Shown here one piece after another: positions 53,595 through 64,000 of a stretch of DNA of 64,000 nt. The DNA lies in the NCBI GenBank assembly GCA_963704165.1, contig CAVPHD010000004.1:448001-512000 (forward strand), read 5' to 3'. Position numbers and translations under genes: made by a program. Under the pieces are notes generated by a model. The model was not told the DNA's origin. It did no database searches and saw only the letters and a list, made by a program, of their open reading frames with translations. Position 1 is the stretch's first letter. Each line of letters begins with the position of its first letter. This stretch comes from an uncultured delta proteobacterium (GTDB lineage Bacteria; Myxococcota_A; UBA9160; SZUA-336).

Positions 53595-54673
53595 CGCGCG
53601 CCTCCATCGAGTCCGAGCAGGACCCGGCATTCCGCCCAGATCTCCTCGGCCGCGCGCGGCTTGGCGCGGGCGAGCGCCGCCTCGCCCATGCGCGCGAGCC
53701 GTGGACGGTCGCGCAGGAGGTCGCCGAGCTCGCGTGCGAAGCGCGCTTCGAGCTCGGAGTTCTCGACCACGACGCTCGCGCCCGAGCGTTCGAGCTCCCT
53801 CGCGTTGGCGAGCTGATGGTTGTCGGCGGCGGTCGGCAACGGGACGAGCAGGGAGGCGACCCCGACGTGACACAGTTCGGCGACGGTTCCACCGGCCCGC
53901 GACACGACCAGGTGCGCACGCGCGAAGCGCGCCGGAAGATCGTCGAAGAACGCGGCCACGTCCGCCGCCACGTCCGCGGCGCGATAGGCCGCGCGCGTCT
54001 CCTCGAGATCCGCCGCGCCGGTCTGGTGGGTGATCTCGAGCCCGGGGATCTCGCGCAAGCTCGGCAGCGCGCCGCAGACGGCGCGGTTGATCGCGCGCGC
54101 GCCCTGGCTGCCGCCGGTGACGACCAGGCGCAGCTTCCCGCCGTTGCCGCGGCCGAGCGAGCGCGGCATCGCGCGCACGGGCCGGCCCGTGAGCAGCGCG
54201 CGCCCGGCGGGGAAGAACGGGATCGCGTCCTCGAACGCGACGAAGACACGCTTCGCGAAGCGCCCGAGCAACCGATTCGAGCGGCCGGGCAGGGCGTTCG
54301 GCTCGAGCAGCGCGGTCGGGATGCGGAGCGTCAGGGCCGCAGCCACCGCGGGGACCGAGGCATACCCTCCGACGCCGATCACGAGGTCCGCGTCGAGATC
54401 GCGCAGCAGACGCCGCGCGCGCAGAGTGCCGCGCGCGAGCACCAGCAGTCCGAGCAATCCGCGCAACGCGCCCCGGCCGGCGACCTGCGCGCTCGGCACG
54501 AGGTCGAGCGCGTAGCCGGCGGTCGGCACGTAGCGTGTCTCGAGACCGCGCGCGGTGCCGACGAAGCGCACGTGCGCCTCGGGCTCGTGCTTGCGGATCG
54601 CTTCGGCCAGCGCGAGCGCCGGAAAGATGTGGCCACCGGTTCCGCCACCGGCCAGCACGACGACTAGCGCCAT
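53591..54673 (-). CDS. murG: Lipid II GlcNAc transferase
   Basis: AGGGTGGHIFP, GGYAS, GGSQGA and HQLANA. Confidence 0.95.
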   Translation of the reverse strand: MALVVVLAGGGTGGHIFPALALAEAIRKHEPEAHVRFVGTARGLETRYVPTAGYALDLVPSAQVAGRGALRGLLGLLVLARGTLRARRLLRDLDADLVIGVGGYASVPAVAAALTLRIPTALLEPNALPGRSNRLLGRFAKRVFVAFEDAIPFFPAGRALLTGRPVRAMPRSLGRGNGGKLRLVVTGGSQGARAINRAVCGALPSLREIPGLEITHQTGAADLEETRAAYRAADVAADVAAFFDDLPARFARAHLVVSRAGGTVAELCHVGVASLLVPLPTAADNHQLANARELERSGASVVVENSELEARFARELGDLLRDRPRLARMGEAALARAKPRAAEEIWAECRVLLGLDGGAR

Positions 54674-55773
54674 CCCGGTCTCCCGCGCTTGCTCGCGCGC
54701 GCCGCGTTCAAGATCAAACCGATCGCAGCCAGGCTCGCGATCAGTGAAGTGCCGCCGTAGGAGACGAGCGGAAGCGTGCTGCCCTTCGTCGGCAGCAGTC
54801 CCATGGCGACCCCGGCGTTGAGCAGCGCCTGCAGCCAGAGCAGAAGGCTGGCACCGACGGAGACGAGCGTCGCGAACGGTGTCTTCGCGCGCTGCGCGAT
54901 GCCGAGCGCCGAGAGCGTCAGCACGGCGAAGCCCACGAGCACGGCCGCGACGCCGAGCAGGCCGACCTCTTCGCCGACGACGGAGAGGATGAAATCGTTG
55001 TGCGCCTCGGGAAGGAAGAAGAGCTTCTGTTGTCCCGCACCGAATCCCGCGCCGAAGAGTCCACCCGCGCCGAACGCGAGCTGGGACTGCACGAGCTGAT
55101 AGCCGCCGCCGAGCGGATCGGCCCACGGATCCAGGAAAGCGATCAGGCGCGCCACCCGATACTCGCGCAGGATCATCGCCAGACCGGCGAGAGGCGCGAC
55201 CACGGCCGCCGTGCAGGCCAGGTGATCGAGGCGCACACCGCCGGCGAAGATCAGCACGCCCGAGAACGTCGCGATCAGCATCGCGCCGCCGTAGTCGGGC
55301 TGCAAGAGCAGGAGACACGCGGGAACTCCCGCGAGGATCGCCGGCATGACGATGCTGACGCGGTAGTCCGCCATCCGGTCCTGATTCGAGGCGAGCCAGT
55401 GCGAGAGACCGAGAATCACGCCGAGCTTCGCCGGCTCGAGCGGCTGGAAGGGAAGACCGCCGAGCATGACCCAGCGCCTCGCGCCGTTCTCGCCGACGCC
55501 GAGCGGCGTGAACGTCGCGATCAGGGCGAGCACGGACGCGGCCCACGCGATGTAGGCGATCTTCTCGATCCAGGCGAGCGGCGTGGCGTAGCAGAGCGCG
55601 CCGATCCCGAATCCGATCAGGAGCGCGAGCGTCTGCCGGCCGAGATATGCGAACGAGGTGCCGAAGACCACCTCGGCACGCGCCGCGCTCGCGCTGTACA
55701 CCATGACCAGCCCGAAGCCGAGCAGCAGGATCGCGGCGACGAGCAGCTCCGAGACTCCGAAGCGACTCAGCAT
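54664..55773 (-). CDS. ftsW: Peptidoglycan polymerase FtsW
   Basis: GLVMVYSAS, NGARRW, QPDYG, GYQLVQS, LPEAHNDFI and KGSTLPLVSYGG. Confidence 0.95.
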   Translation of the reverse strand: MLSRFGVSELLVAAILLLGFGLVMVYSASAARAEVVFGTSFAYLGRQTLALLIGFGIGALCYATPLAWIEKIAYIAWAASVLALIATFTPLGVGENGARRWVMLGGLPFQPLEPAKLGVILGLSHWLASNQDRMADYRVSIVMPAILAGVPACLLLLQPDYGGAMLIATFSGVLIFAGGVRLDHLACTAAVVAPLAGLAMILREYRVARLIAFLDPWADPLGGGYQLVQSQLAFGAGGLFGAGFGAGQQKLFFLPEAHNDFILSVVGEEVGLLGVAAVLVGFAVLTLSALGIAQRAKTPFATLVSVGASLLLWLQALLNAGVAMGLLPTKGSTLPLVSYGGTSLIASLAAIGLILNAARASKRGRPGWR

Positions 55774-57095
55774 CCCACGCCTCCGGCCGCGCTCTCGTCG
55801 GAAAGCGCGGCGGCCAGCTCTGCGAACCGTCGTCCGCGCTCCTCGAAGCCCGAGAACTGATCGAAGCTCGCGCACGCGGGCGCGAGCAAGACGACGTCGC
55901 CGGGCTGCGCGCACGCGGCGGCACGTTCGACGGCCTGTTCGAGCGTCCCGACGCGCTCGACCGGGCAGACCGAGGCGAGCGCTCGCTCGAGCTCGACCGC
56001 AGACTCTCCGTACACCACGGCGCGACGGACGCGAGCGCTGCGTGCGGCGTCGACCAGCTCGCTGAAATCGAGACCCTTGTTTCGCCCGCCCGCGAGCCAG
56101 ACGATCGCAGTCGTCTGCGCGAGGAGACTCGCGCACGCGGCGGCGGGATTGGTCGCCTTCGAGTCGTCCACGTAGCGCACCCCCGCGCGCACGCAGACGT
56201 CGCGAACGCGGTGGGGGAGCCCGGCGAAGCTCGCGAGGGTCGTTCGGATCGCGACGGTCGTGGCGCCCGCGAGCTGCGCCGCGAGCGAAGCGGCGAGCGC
56301 GTTCGCGACCGGTCGTCGCGAAGCGGCGGAGAGCTCGTCGACCGGCATGCGCAGGGTGACCTGGCCGTGGGGTGCCAGGACGAGATCGGTTCCGTCGAGG
56401 TAGGCACCGGCCGAGAGCCGCCGTTCGGTCGAGAAACCGAACCTGCGCGCGCGTGCGCGCTCCCCGACGCTGCGGGCCCAGGCGTCGTCCTCGTTCACCA
56501 CCAGGAAGTTCTCCGGGCCCTGGAGCTCGGCGAGTCGCGCCTTCGCGGCGCCGTACTTCGCCAGGCTTCCGTGCCGGTCGAGGTGATCGGGCGCGAGATT
56601 CAGGAGCACGGCGACGTTCGCCCGGAGCTTTCGCGCGTGCTCGAGCTGGAAGCTCGAGAGCTCCGCGACGATCCTCACGTGACCGCGACCGACCAGCGCG
56701 CAGAGGGGCGTACCGAGGTTTCCACCGACGCCCGTGTCGAACCCGCTGGCTTCGAGCATTTCGCCGATCAGCACGGTCGTGGTGCTCTTGCCGTTGGAAC
56801 CGGTGACACCGACCAGCTCGGCGTCGAGGAACTCGGCCGCGAGATCGACCTCGGGCACGATCTTCTCGCCTGCGGCGACGGGCACGCCGGGGCTCGCGAC
56901 CACGGCGTCGAAGTCCGCGAAGTCGGGCGGGGTCGGCGCGCAGAAACGCTTCACGTCCGGCGGCAATTCGGCGAGCGTGTCCGGTGTGCGGTCGTACGCG
57001 CAGACGCGAGCGCCGGCACGCAGAAGCAACTCGACGGCGCTCCGTCCGGAGCGCGCCATGCCGAGTACGAGCACGTTCTTCCCCGCCCAGCTCAT
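55767..57095 (-). CDS. murD: UDP-MurNAc-L-Ala--D-glutamate ligase
   Basis: GVTGSNGKSTT, ELSSFQL, DHLDRH, DDSKATN and APACASFDQF. Confidence 0.95.
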   Translation of the reverse strand: MSWAGKNVLVLGMARSGRSAVELLLRAGARVCAYDRTPDTLAELPPDVKRFCAPTPPDFADFDAVVASPGVPVAAGEKIVPEVDLAAEFLDAELVGVTGSNGKSTTTVLIGEMLEASGFDTGVGGNLGTPLCALVGRGHVRIVAELSSFQLEHARKLRANVAVLLNLAPDHLDRHGSLAKYGAAKARLAELQGPENFLVVNEDDAWARSVGERARARRFGFSTERRLSAGAYLDGTDLVLAPHGQVTLRMPVDELSAASRRPVANALAASLAAQLAGATTVAIRTTLASFAGLPHRVRDVCVRAGVRYVDDSKATNPAAACASLLAQTTAIVWLAGGRNKGLDFSELVDAARSARVRRAVVYGESAVELERALASVCPVERVGTLEQAVERAAACAQPGDVVLLAPACASFDQFSGFEERGRRFAELAAALSDESAAGGVGC

Positions 57096-58170
57096 CGCAG
57101 CTTCAACAGCGAGATCGCGACCAGCCCCAGGATCACCGAGATGATCCAGAAGCGGACGATGATCTGCGGCTCGGGCCAACCTCGAAGCTCGTAGTGGTGG
57201 TGAATCGGCGCCATGCGGAAGACGCGCTTGCCGCGCGTCTTGAACGACGCGACCTGGATCATCACCGAGAACATCTCGACCAGGAACAGGCCGCCCACGA
57301 TCACGAGCACCACTTCCTGCCGGATGATGATCGCCACCGTCGAGAGCGCGCCACCGAGGGCGAGCGCTCCGGTGTCACCCATGAAGACCGACGCCGGGTA
57401 CGTGTTGTACCAGAGGAAGCCGAGCCCGGCTCCCATCAGCGACGAGCAGAAGATCGCCAGCGTACCGGCCGCCGGGACGTGCTTCAGTTCCAGATAGCTC
57501 GCGATCACGCTATTGCCGACGACGTAGCTGAAGAGCCCGATCACGCCGGCGCTGATCATCGTCGGGCCGATCGCGAGGCCGTCGAGCCCGTCGGTCAGGT
57601 TCACCGCGTTGGAGAAGCCGACGATGAAGACGACCGCGAACGGAACGTACATCCAGCCGAGCATCGGATGGAAGTTCTTCAGCAGCGGAAGCGACATCGC
57701 TCCGTCGAAGCTCGGCAGCAGATACAACCAGACGGCCGCGACCGTCGCGACGCCGATCTGTCCGAAGAGCTTTGCGCGCGCGCTGATGCCCTTGGGGTTC
57801 TTCTCGACCGCCTTCTTGTAGTCGTCCACGAAGCCGATCGCGCCGCAGCCCAACGTCACGAAGAGCACCACCCAGACGAACGGGTTGGTCCACTCGGCCC
57901 AGAGCAGCGTGCTCGCGAGCACCGCGGACAGGATCAACACTCCCCCCATCGTCGGTGTGCCGCGCTTGGTCTGGTGGCGGTCGGGCGTGTCTTCGCGAAT
58001 CGTCTGGCCGATCTGGCGATGCTCGAGCAGGCGGATCAGCGTCGGTCCGGCGATGAACGCGATCAGAAGCGCCGTGAGCGCAGCCCCGACGCTGCGGAAC
58101 GTCAGATAGCGGAAGACGTTCAGGCCCGAGATCTCCGCCGACAAGAGCTCGTAGAAGAGGTGATACAGCA

Positions 58171-58171
<1 letters not shown>
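57092..58171 (-). CDS. mraY: Phospho-N-acetylmuramoyl-pentapeptide transferase
   Basis: KRGTPTMGG, GFVDDY, NAVNLTDGLDGL, FMGDTG and MAPIHHHYE. Confidence 0.96.
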
Positions 58172-59549
<1,378 letters not shown>

Positions 59550-59553
<4 letters not shown>

Positions 59554-61025
59554 GCGGCCACCCCCCGAGCGACGAGCGCCCGGCGCGCCTCTTCCCGGTC
59601 GTCGAACGGGAACCTCTCCCGACCGACGATCTGGTAGTCCTCGTGGCCCTTGCCCGCGATCACGATGCAGTCCTCGGCGCGGGCGATCGCGATCGCGCGA
59701 GAGATCGCCTCTCGCCGATCGCGAAGAACCTCGTGCGAGCCCGAGAGACCGACCGCGACGTCGCGCAGGATCGCGTCGGGATCCTCGCTGCGCGGGTTGT
59801 CGCTGGTCGCGATCACGTGATCCGCGCGCGCGCAGGCCGCACGTGCCATCGGCGCGCGCTTGCTTCGATCGCGGTCGCCACCACAGCCGAAGACCGCAAT
59901 CAGCCGGCCCTCGACGAGCGGTCGCACCCGCGCGAGCACGCGGTCGAGGGCGTCGGGCGTGTGCGCGTAGTCGACGAGCACGATCGGTCGGCATTCGCCG
60001 ACGCGCTCGAGGCGACCCGGCACCGCGGGGCAGCCCTCGAGCCCGCGCCGGATCGCGTCCCAGGCGAGGTCGAGCGTGCGCCCGGTCGCGAGCGCGGCGA
60101 GCGCGTTGTCGATCTGGAAGTCGCCGGCGAGCGGAAGGTCGATCTCGATCTCGGCGTCGGGACCCCGCACGCGCAACCGCGACCGCGCGAGCTCGATGCG
60201 CTCCTCGATCGTGCAGTAGTCCGCGCCCACCTCCCGGCCACGCGCGTAGGTGACGACCGGACGCCCCGAGGCCCGCGCGATCTCCGCGAGGCGCGGCGTC
60301 CAAGGATCGGCCGCGTTCAGAACGGCCGTACCCGAAAGGTAGTCCGCTCCGAAGAGCAACGACTTCGCGCGCCCGTAGCTCTCCATGTCCGGGTGGAAGT
60401 CGAGGTGGTCCTGCGTGATGTGCGTGAAGACGGCGACGGCGAATCGAAGCCCGCGTACGCGTCCGAGCGCGAGGCTGTGGGAAGAGACCTCGAGGGCGAC
60501 GGCCTCGACTCCCGCGTCGCGCATGCGGCGGAGCCAGCGCTGCAGGTCGAGCGACTCGGGCGTCGTGAGCGATGCCTTCTCTTCGAAGCCCGGATAGCGG
60601 ATCGAGATCGTTCCGAGGCTTCCGGCGGGTCTGCCGGACGCGAGCAGGATCGACTCGATCATCCGCACGGTGCTCGTCTTGCCGTTCGTCCCCGTGACTC
60701 CGATCAGCGTGAGATCGCGTGCCGGAAATGCGAAGAAGCGCGCTGCGACGCTCGCGAGTGCCGCGCGCGTGTCGGGGACGCGGGCGATGGCGACGTGCGG
60801 CGGGCGATCGCCCGGTGATTCCTCGACGAGGAGGGCGTTCGCCCCGGCCTCGATCGCTTGCGGGATGAAGCGGTGTCCATCGCTCTGTGCGCCGCGCAGC
60901 GCGACGAAGAGAGCGCCCGGGCGAACCGTGCGGGAGTCGTAGGTCACGTCGCTCACCGGTGCACGAGCCGGGCCGTCGATGATCGCGTCGAGTCCATCGA
61001 CGAGTCCCGCCAGTGTCTCGGTCAT
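59550..61025 (-). CDS. murE: UDP-MurNAc-L-Ala-D-Glu--meso-DAP ligase
   Basis: GVTGTNGKTS, LTTPE, EVSSH, DYAHTPD, DNPR (meso-DAP specificity motif) and AGKGHE. Confidence 0.95.
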
Positions 61026-62788
61026 CCTGCTCGGCCTCGCGCGGCTTTCTCTCGCGTCCCGGATCGCGGCATGCTTGCGGTCGAGCTCGGCGCGACGGCA
61101 TTCCGAGGCGTCGGATACCCGATTCCCAGCCGATCGATCGCGTAGCCCGCGACCTCCTTGAAGACGGGTGCAGCGACCACGCCGCCGGTGCGGAACCCGC
61201 GCGGCTCGTCGATGAAGACGCCGATCACCAGTCGCGGATTCACGACCGGGACGATCCCGACGAACGATGCGACATAGTCGGTCTGCGAGTACGTGCCGTT
61301 CTTGACCTTCTGCGCCGTCCCGGTCTTGCCCGCGACCGAGACGTGCGGGAGCCCCGCCGCCTTGCCGCTGCCATCGACGACGACCATCCGCATCATCTCG
61401 AGCACGGTGCGCGCAGTGCGCTCGGAGATCGCACGCTCGCCTGCCACGGCGGGCGTGTCGGCGGACGCACGGGTAATGCGTGGGGTCACCCGCACGCCTC
61501 CGTTCGCAAATACCGCCATCGCCGCGACGAGCTGCACGGGAGTCACGGTGACGCCCTGGCCGAAGGACAGATTCGCGCGCTCGATGGCCTGCTTCTCGCG
61601 GATCTCTCGCACGCTGCCGGCGACCTCGCCGGGGAACCCGCTACCGGTCGTGCGGCCGAAGCCGAAGCGGCGCACGCCGTCGACGAGTCGCTGCGATCCG
61701 AGCCGCGCGATGATCTTGGCCGTGCCGATGTTGCTCGAGACGCGCATGATGTCGCTGACGGTGAGCAGGTCGTGGGGCCGGTAGTCGCGGATCGTGCGTC
61801 GCCCGATCCGGTAGCGTCCGCCCTCGCAGTCGAAGACCTCGCCGGGGCTCGTCACTCCGGCTTCGAGTGCGAGCGCGATCGAGAACGGCTTGAACGTGCT
61901 TCCAGGCTCGAAAGTGTCGACAAAAGCGCGTGCGCGGTACGCCGAGGTGTCTTCGAGCCAGAAACGGTTCGGATCGAAGCTCGGTGACTCGGCGAGCGCC
62001 AGGATCTCGCCTGTCCTCGGGTCGAGCGCGACCAGCGTCGCGTGTCTCGCGCCGGTCTTGCGCAGTGACTCGGCGAGCGCCTTCTCCGCGAAGTGCTGAA
62101 GCTCGAGGTCGAGCGCGAGGGTGACCGGCTGCCCCTCTCGCGTCTTGGGCGCCTTCACCTCCGACGGCAGGTACCGCCCGCCACCGTCGCGGTTCACCCG
62201 CAGCTCCGCGCCCGCACCGCGCAGGTCGCGATCGAAGAGCAGTTCCACACCCGAGAGCCCACGCCCGTCGCGATCGGCGAATCCGAGCATCGGGCCCGCG
62301 AGCGAGCCGTTGGGATAGAAGCGGCGCCGTTCGCTGTGCAGGTGGACTCCGGCGATCTCGAGCGCGCGCACGCGATCGGCCGCATCCGGCGTGACCCAGC
62401 GCTGCAGCCAGACGAAGCTCGTCGCCTGCTCGAGCCGACGCTCGATCTCCTTGGCCGGCAGATGGAGCGCCTTCGCGAGCGAGCGCGCCGCGCCGGCTCG
62501 ATCCCGGATCTGTCGCGGGGACGCGGCGACCGACTCGACGCTCGCCGATACCGCGAGCGGTCGTCCGCTTCGATCGCGCAGCTCCGCGCGCAGCGCGGTG
62601 AGTTCGACCTTTGCAGCACCCTGACGCGCCGCGCGCGTGGCGAGGAACTCGGCGTCGAGTGTCTGCAGCTGGATCGCGCGCCCGAGCAGCGCGGCGAAGC
62701 CGAGCAGGCCGACGAGCGCAACGGCCTGCAAGCGGCCGGGCTTCAGGCCCGAGCTTCGTCGCCGGCGCGTTCTCCGCGCGGCGCTCAA
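61022..62788 (-). CDS. ftsI: Division-specific transpeptidase PBP3
   Basis: RRFYP, SxxK in EPGSTFK, SSN and KTG motifs; one N-terminal TM helix. Confidence 0.93.
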   Translation of the reverse strand: MSAARRTRRRRSSGLKPGRLQAVALVGLLGFAALLGRAIQLQTLDAEFLATRAARQGAAKVELTALRAELRDRSGRPLAVSASVESVAASPRQIRDRAGAARSLAKALHLPAKEIERRLEQATSFVWLQRWVTPDAADRVRALEIAGVHLHSERRRFYPNGSLAGPMLGFADRDGRGLSGVELLFDRDLRGAGAELRVNRDGGGRYLPSEVKAPKTREGQPVTLALDLELQHFAEKALAESLRKTGARHATLVALDPRTGEILALAESPSFDPNRFWLEDTSAYRARAFVDTFEPGSTFKPFSIALALEAGVTSPGEVFDCEGGRYRIGRRTIRDYRPHDLLTVSDIMRVSSNIGTAKIIARLGSQRLVDGVRRFGFGRTTGSGFPGEVAGSVREIREKQAIERANLSFGQGVTVTPVQLVAAMAVFANGGVRVTPRITRASADTPAVAGERAISERTARTVLEMMRMVVVDGSGKAAGLPHVSVAGKTGTAQKVKNGTYSQTDYVASFVGIVPVVNPRLVIGVFIDEPRGFRTGGVVAAPVFKEVAGYAIDRLGIGYPTPRNAVAPSSTASMPRSGTREKAARGRAG

Positions 62789-63120
62789 CGTGGCTCGCCA
62801 TCCGCGACGCCATGAAGCGCTGCGAGATGCGGGTCGGAGAGCGACACGACCTGTTCAGGAGACGGGTAGATCAGGCCGAGCTCGAGGGCGCGTGGCTCGA
62901 TGCGCTCGGGCGCGGCGAGCGCCGCGACCTCGACACGCAGCCGCTCGACGACGAGCGACAGCTCGTGTTCGTGAGAGACGCGGCGACCCAGCTCGTAGCG
63001 CAGCGACGTCACGTAGGTGCGCACGTAGACGAGCACGCCCGAGGCCGCGATCGCGCCGAGCGCGAGGGCCACGAGGGCGCCGAACCAGGGTCTGTGGTCT
63101 TGGAGCCGCGAGTTCAGCAT
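62785..63120 (-). CDS. ftsL: Cell division protein FtsL
   Basis: TM helix, coiled coil, PERIEPRALELGLIYP, and position between rsmH and ftsI. Confidence 0.8.
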   Translation of the reverse strand: MLNSRLQDHRPWFGALVALALGAIAASGVLVYVRTYVTSLRYELGRRVSHEHELSLVVERLRVEVAALAAPERIEPRALELGLIYPSPEQVVSLSDPHLAALHGVADGEPR

Positions 63121-63998
63121 CGCTCACCTCCGCGCAGGCGCGCGCTGCGCGCGCGTGGGTTGCGTCGGATCTCGGCCGCCGAGGGCTTCGTTCCGCGCGC
63201 GACGATGCGCAGGCGCGGCACGTGCCCGCAGCCGCACACGGGGAGATCCGGCGGACAGATGCAGCCCTTCGCTTCGCGGGCCATGAACTGCTTCACCCGG
63301 CGGTCCTCGCCTGAGTGATACGAGAGCACGGCGAGCCGCCCCCCCTCCGCGAGCACGTCGAGCGCGCTCTCCAGCCCCGCGTCGAGCTCCGCGAGCTCGT
63401 CGTTCACGGCCATGCGCAGCGCTTGGAACACGAGCGTCGCCGGGTGATGTCGCCGTTCCGGAAGTCTCACGCCGTCGAGCGCCGCCACGAGCTCCTGCAC
63501 GGTGCGGATCGGTCGCCGAGCGTCGAGCGCGTGCGCGACGCGGCCGGCGGCGGGAACGCCACCGTCCCGGAGCAGCTGCACGAGCTCAGCACCGCTGACC
63601 CGGTCGAGCAGCTCGGCCGCGGTCTCCCCCGTCGACCGGTCCATGCGCATGTCGAGCGGCACCGGTGTGTCGCCGACGCGGAAGCTCATGCCGCGCTCGA
63701 TCTGGTCGAGGTGGGCGGAGCACACACCGAGATCGAGCAGCACGCCATCGACGGGCAGGGCGTTCGCGGCCGCGGCGACCTCGCGCACGAACGAGAAGCG
63801 CGCGTGAAAGAGCTTCGCGCGCGCGCCGAAGCGGCGGAGACGCTGCTCGGCGACCTCGAGCATCTCGGGGTCCCGATCGAGCCCGACGAGCAGACCATCG
63901 GGGCCGAGCCGCTCGAGGATCTGCTCGGCGTGACCTCCGTGTCCGGTCGTCGCATCGACGATCCGCGAGTCCTCGCGGGGCGAGAGCAGCTCGAGGAC
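63114..63998 (-). CDS. rsmH: 16S rRNA m4C1402 methyltransferase (5' end outside window)
   Basis: VDATTGHGGH, LLDLGV, PLDMRMD, FQALRMAVNDEL, SYHSGEDR and NPRARSARLR. Confidence 0.95.
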   Translation of the reverse strand, partial: VLELLSPREDSRIVDATTGHGGHAEQILERLGPDGLLVGLDRDPEMLEVAEQRLRRFGARAKLFHARFSFVREVAAAANALPVDGVLLDLGVCSAHLDQIERGMSFRVGDTPVPLDMRMDRSTGETAAELLDRVSGAELVQLLRDGGVPAAGRVAHALDARRPIRTVQELVAALDGVRLPERRHHPATLVFQALRMAVNDELAELDAGLESALDVLAEGGRLAVLSYHSGEDRRVKQFMAREAKGCICPPDLPVCGCGHVPRLRIVARGTKPSAAEIRRNPRARSARLRGGERC

Positions 63999-64000
63999 TT

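Overview
This is a very GC-rich, gene-dense bacterial chromosomal segment. Gene content (tgl-like locus, recO-ppdK linkage, sigma-54 promoter) suggests a Myxococcota/deltaproteobacterial lineage; this is an inference. Left to right: the end of a YCF48/BNR protein, an MMPL/RND transporter, an acyl-CoA ligase, an amidohydrolase and thrH; icd-mdh-sucC-sucD-pfkB; a tgl/pilotin-like locus with recO and ppdK; an ECF sigma factor preceded by a sigma-54 promoter, then a membrane methyltransferase and a kinase/pseudo-hydrolase fusion; frdABCD; a divergent CoA-transferase / FdhF-YdeP pair; a Fur-boxed feoAB-GH84 operon; a recQ-cysQ-like-exonuclease operon divergent from an RHH/CxxC protein plus ferredoxin; two decaying genes; a MoxR-vWA + MoxR + coxS-L-M-G + mocA-ndk cluster; and most of the dcw cluster (rsmH to ftsZ, minus strand). 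About two dozen mostly +1 frameshifts, concentrated at 5.4-14.1 kb and hitting essential genes, look like read-consensus errors, not biology. I saw no rRNA, tRNA, CRISPR array or mobile element. The best novelty candidates are (i) the paralogous AAA+/AAA+-vWA pair with a DD Walker B attached to a form II CoxL-type molybdoenzyme, (ii) the putative autoregulated RHH-CxxCxGxG regulator upstream of a ferredoxin, (iii) the kinase-dead hydrolase fusion downstream of the ECF sigma, and (iv) the apparent MocA-Ndk read-through. All family assignments come from motif recognition; no searches were run.
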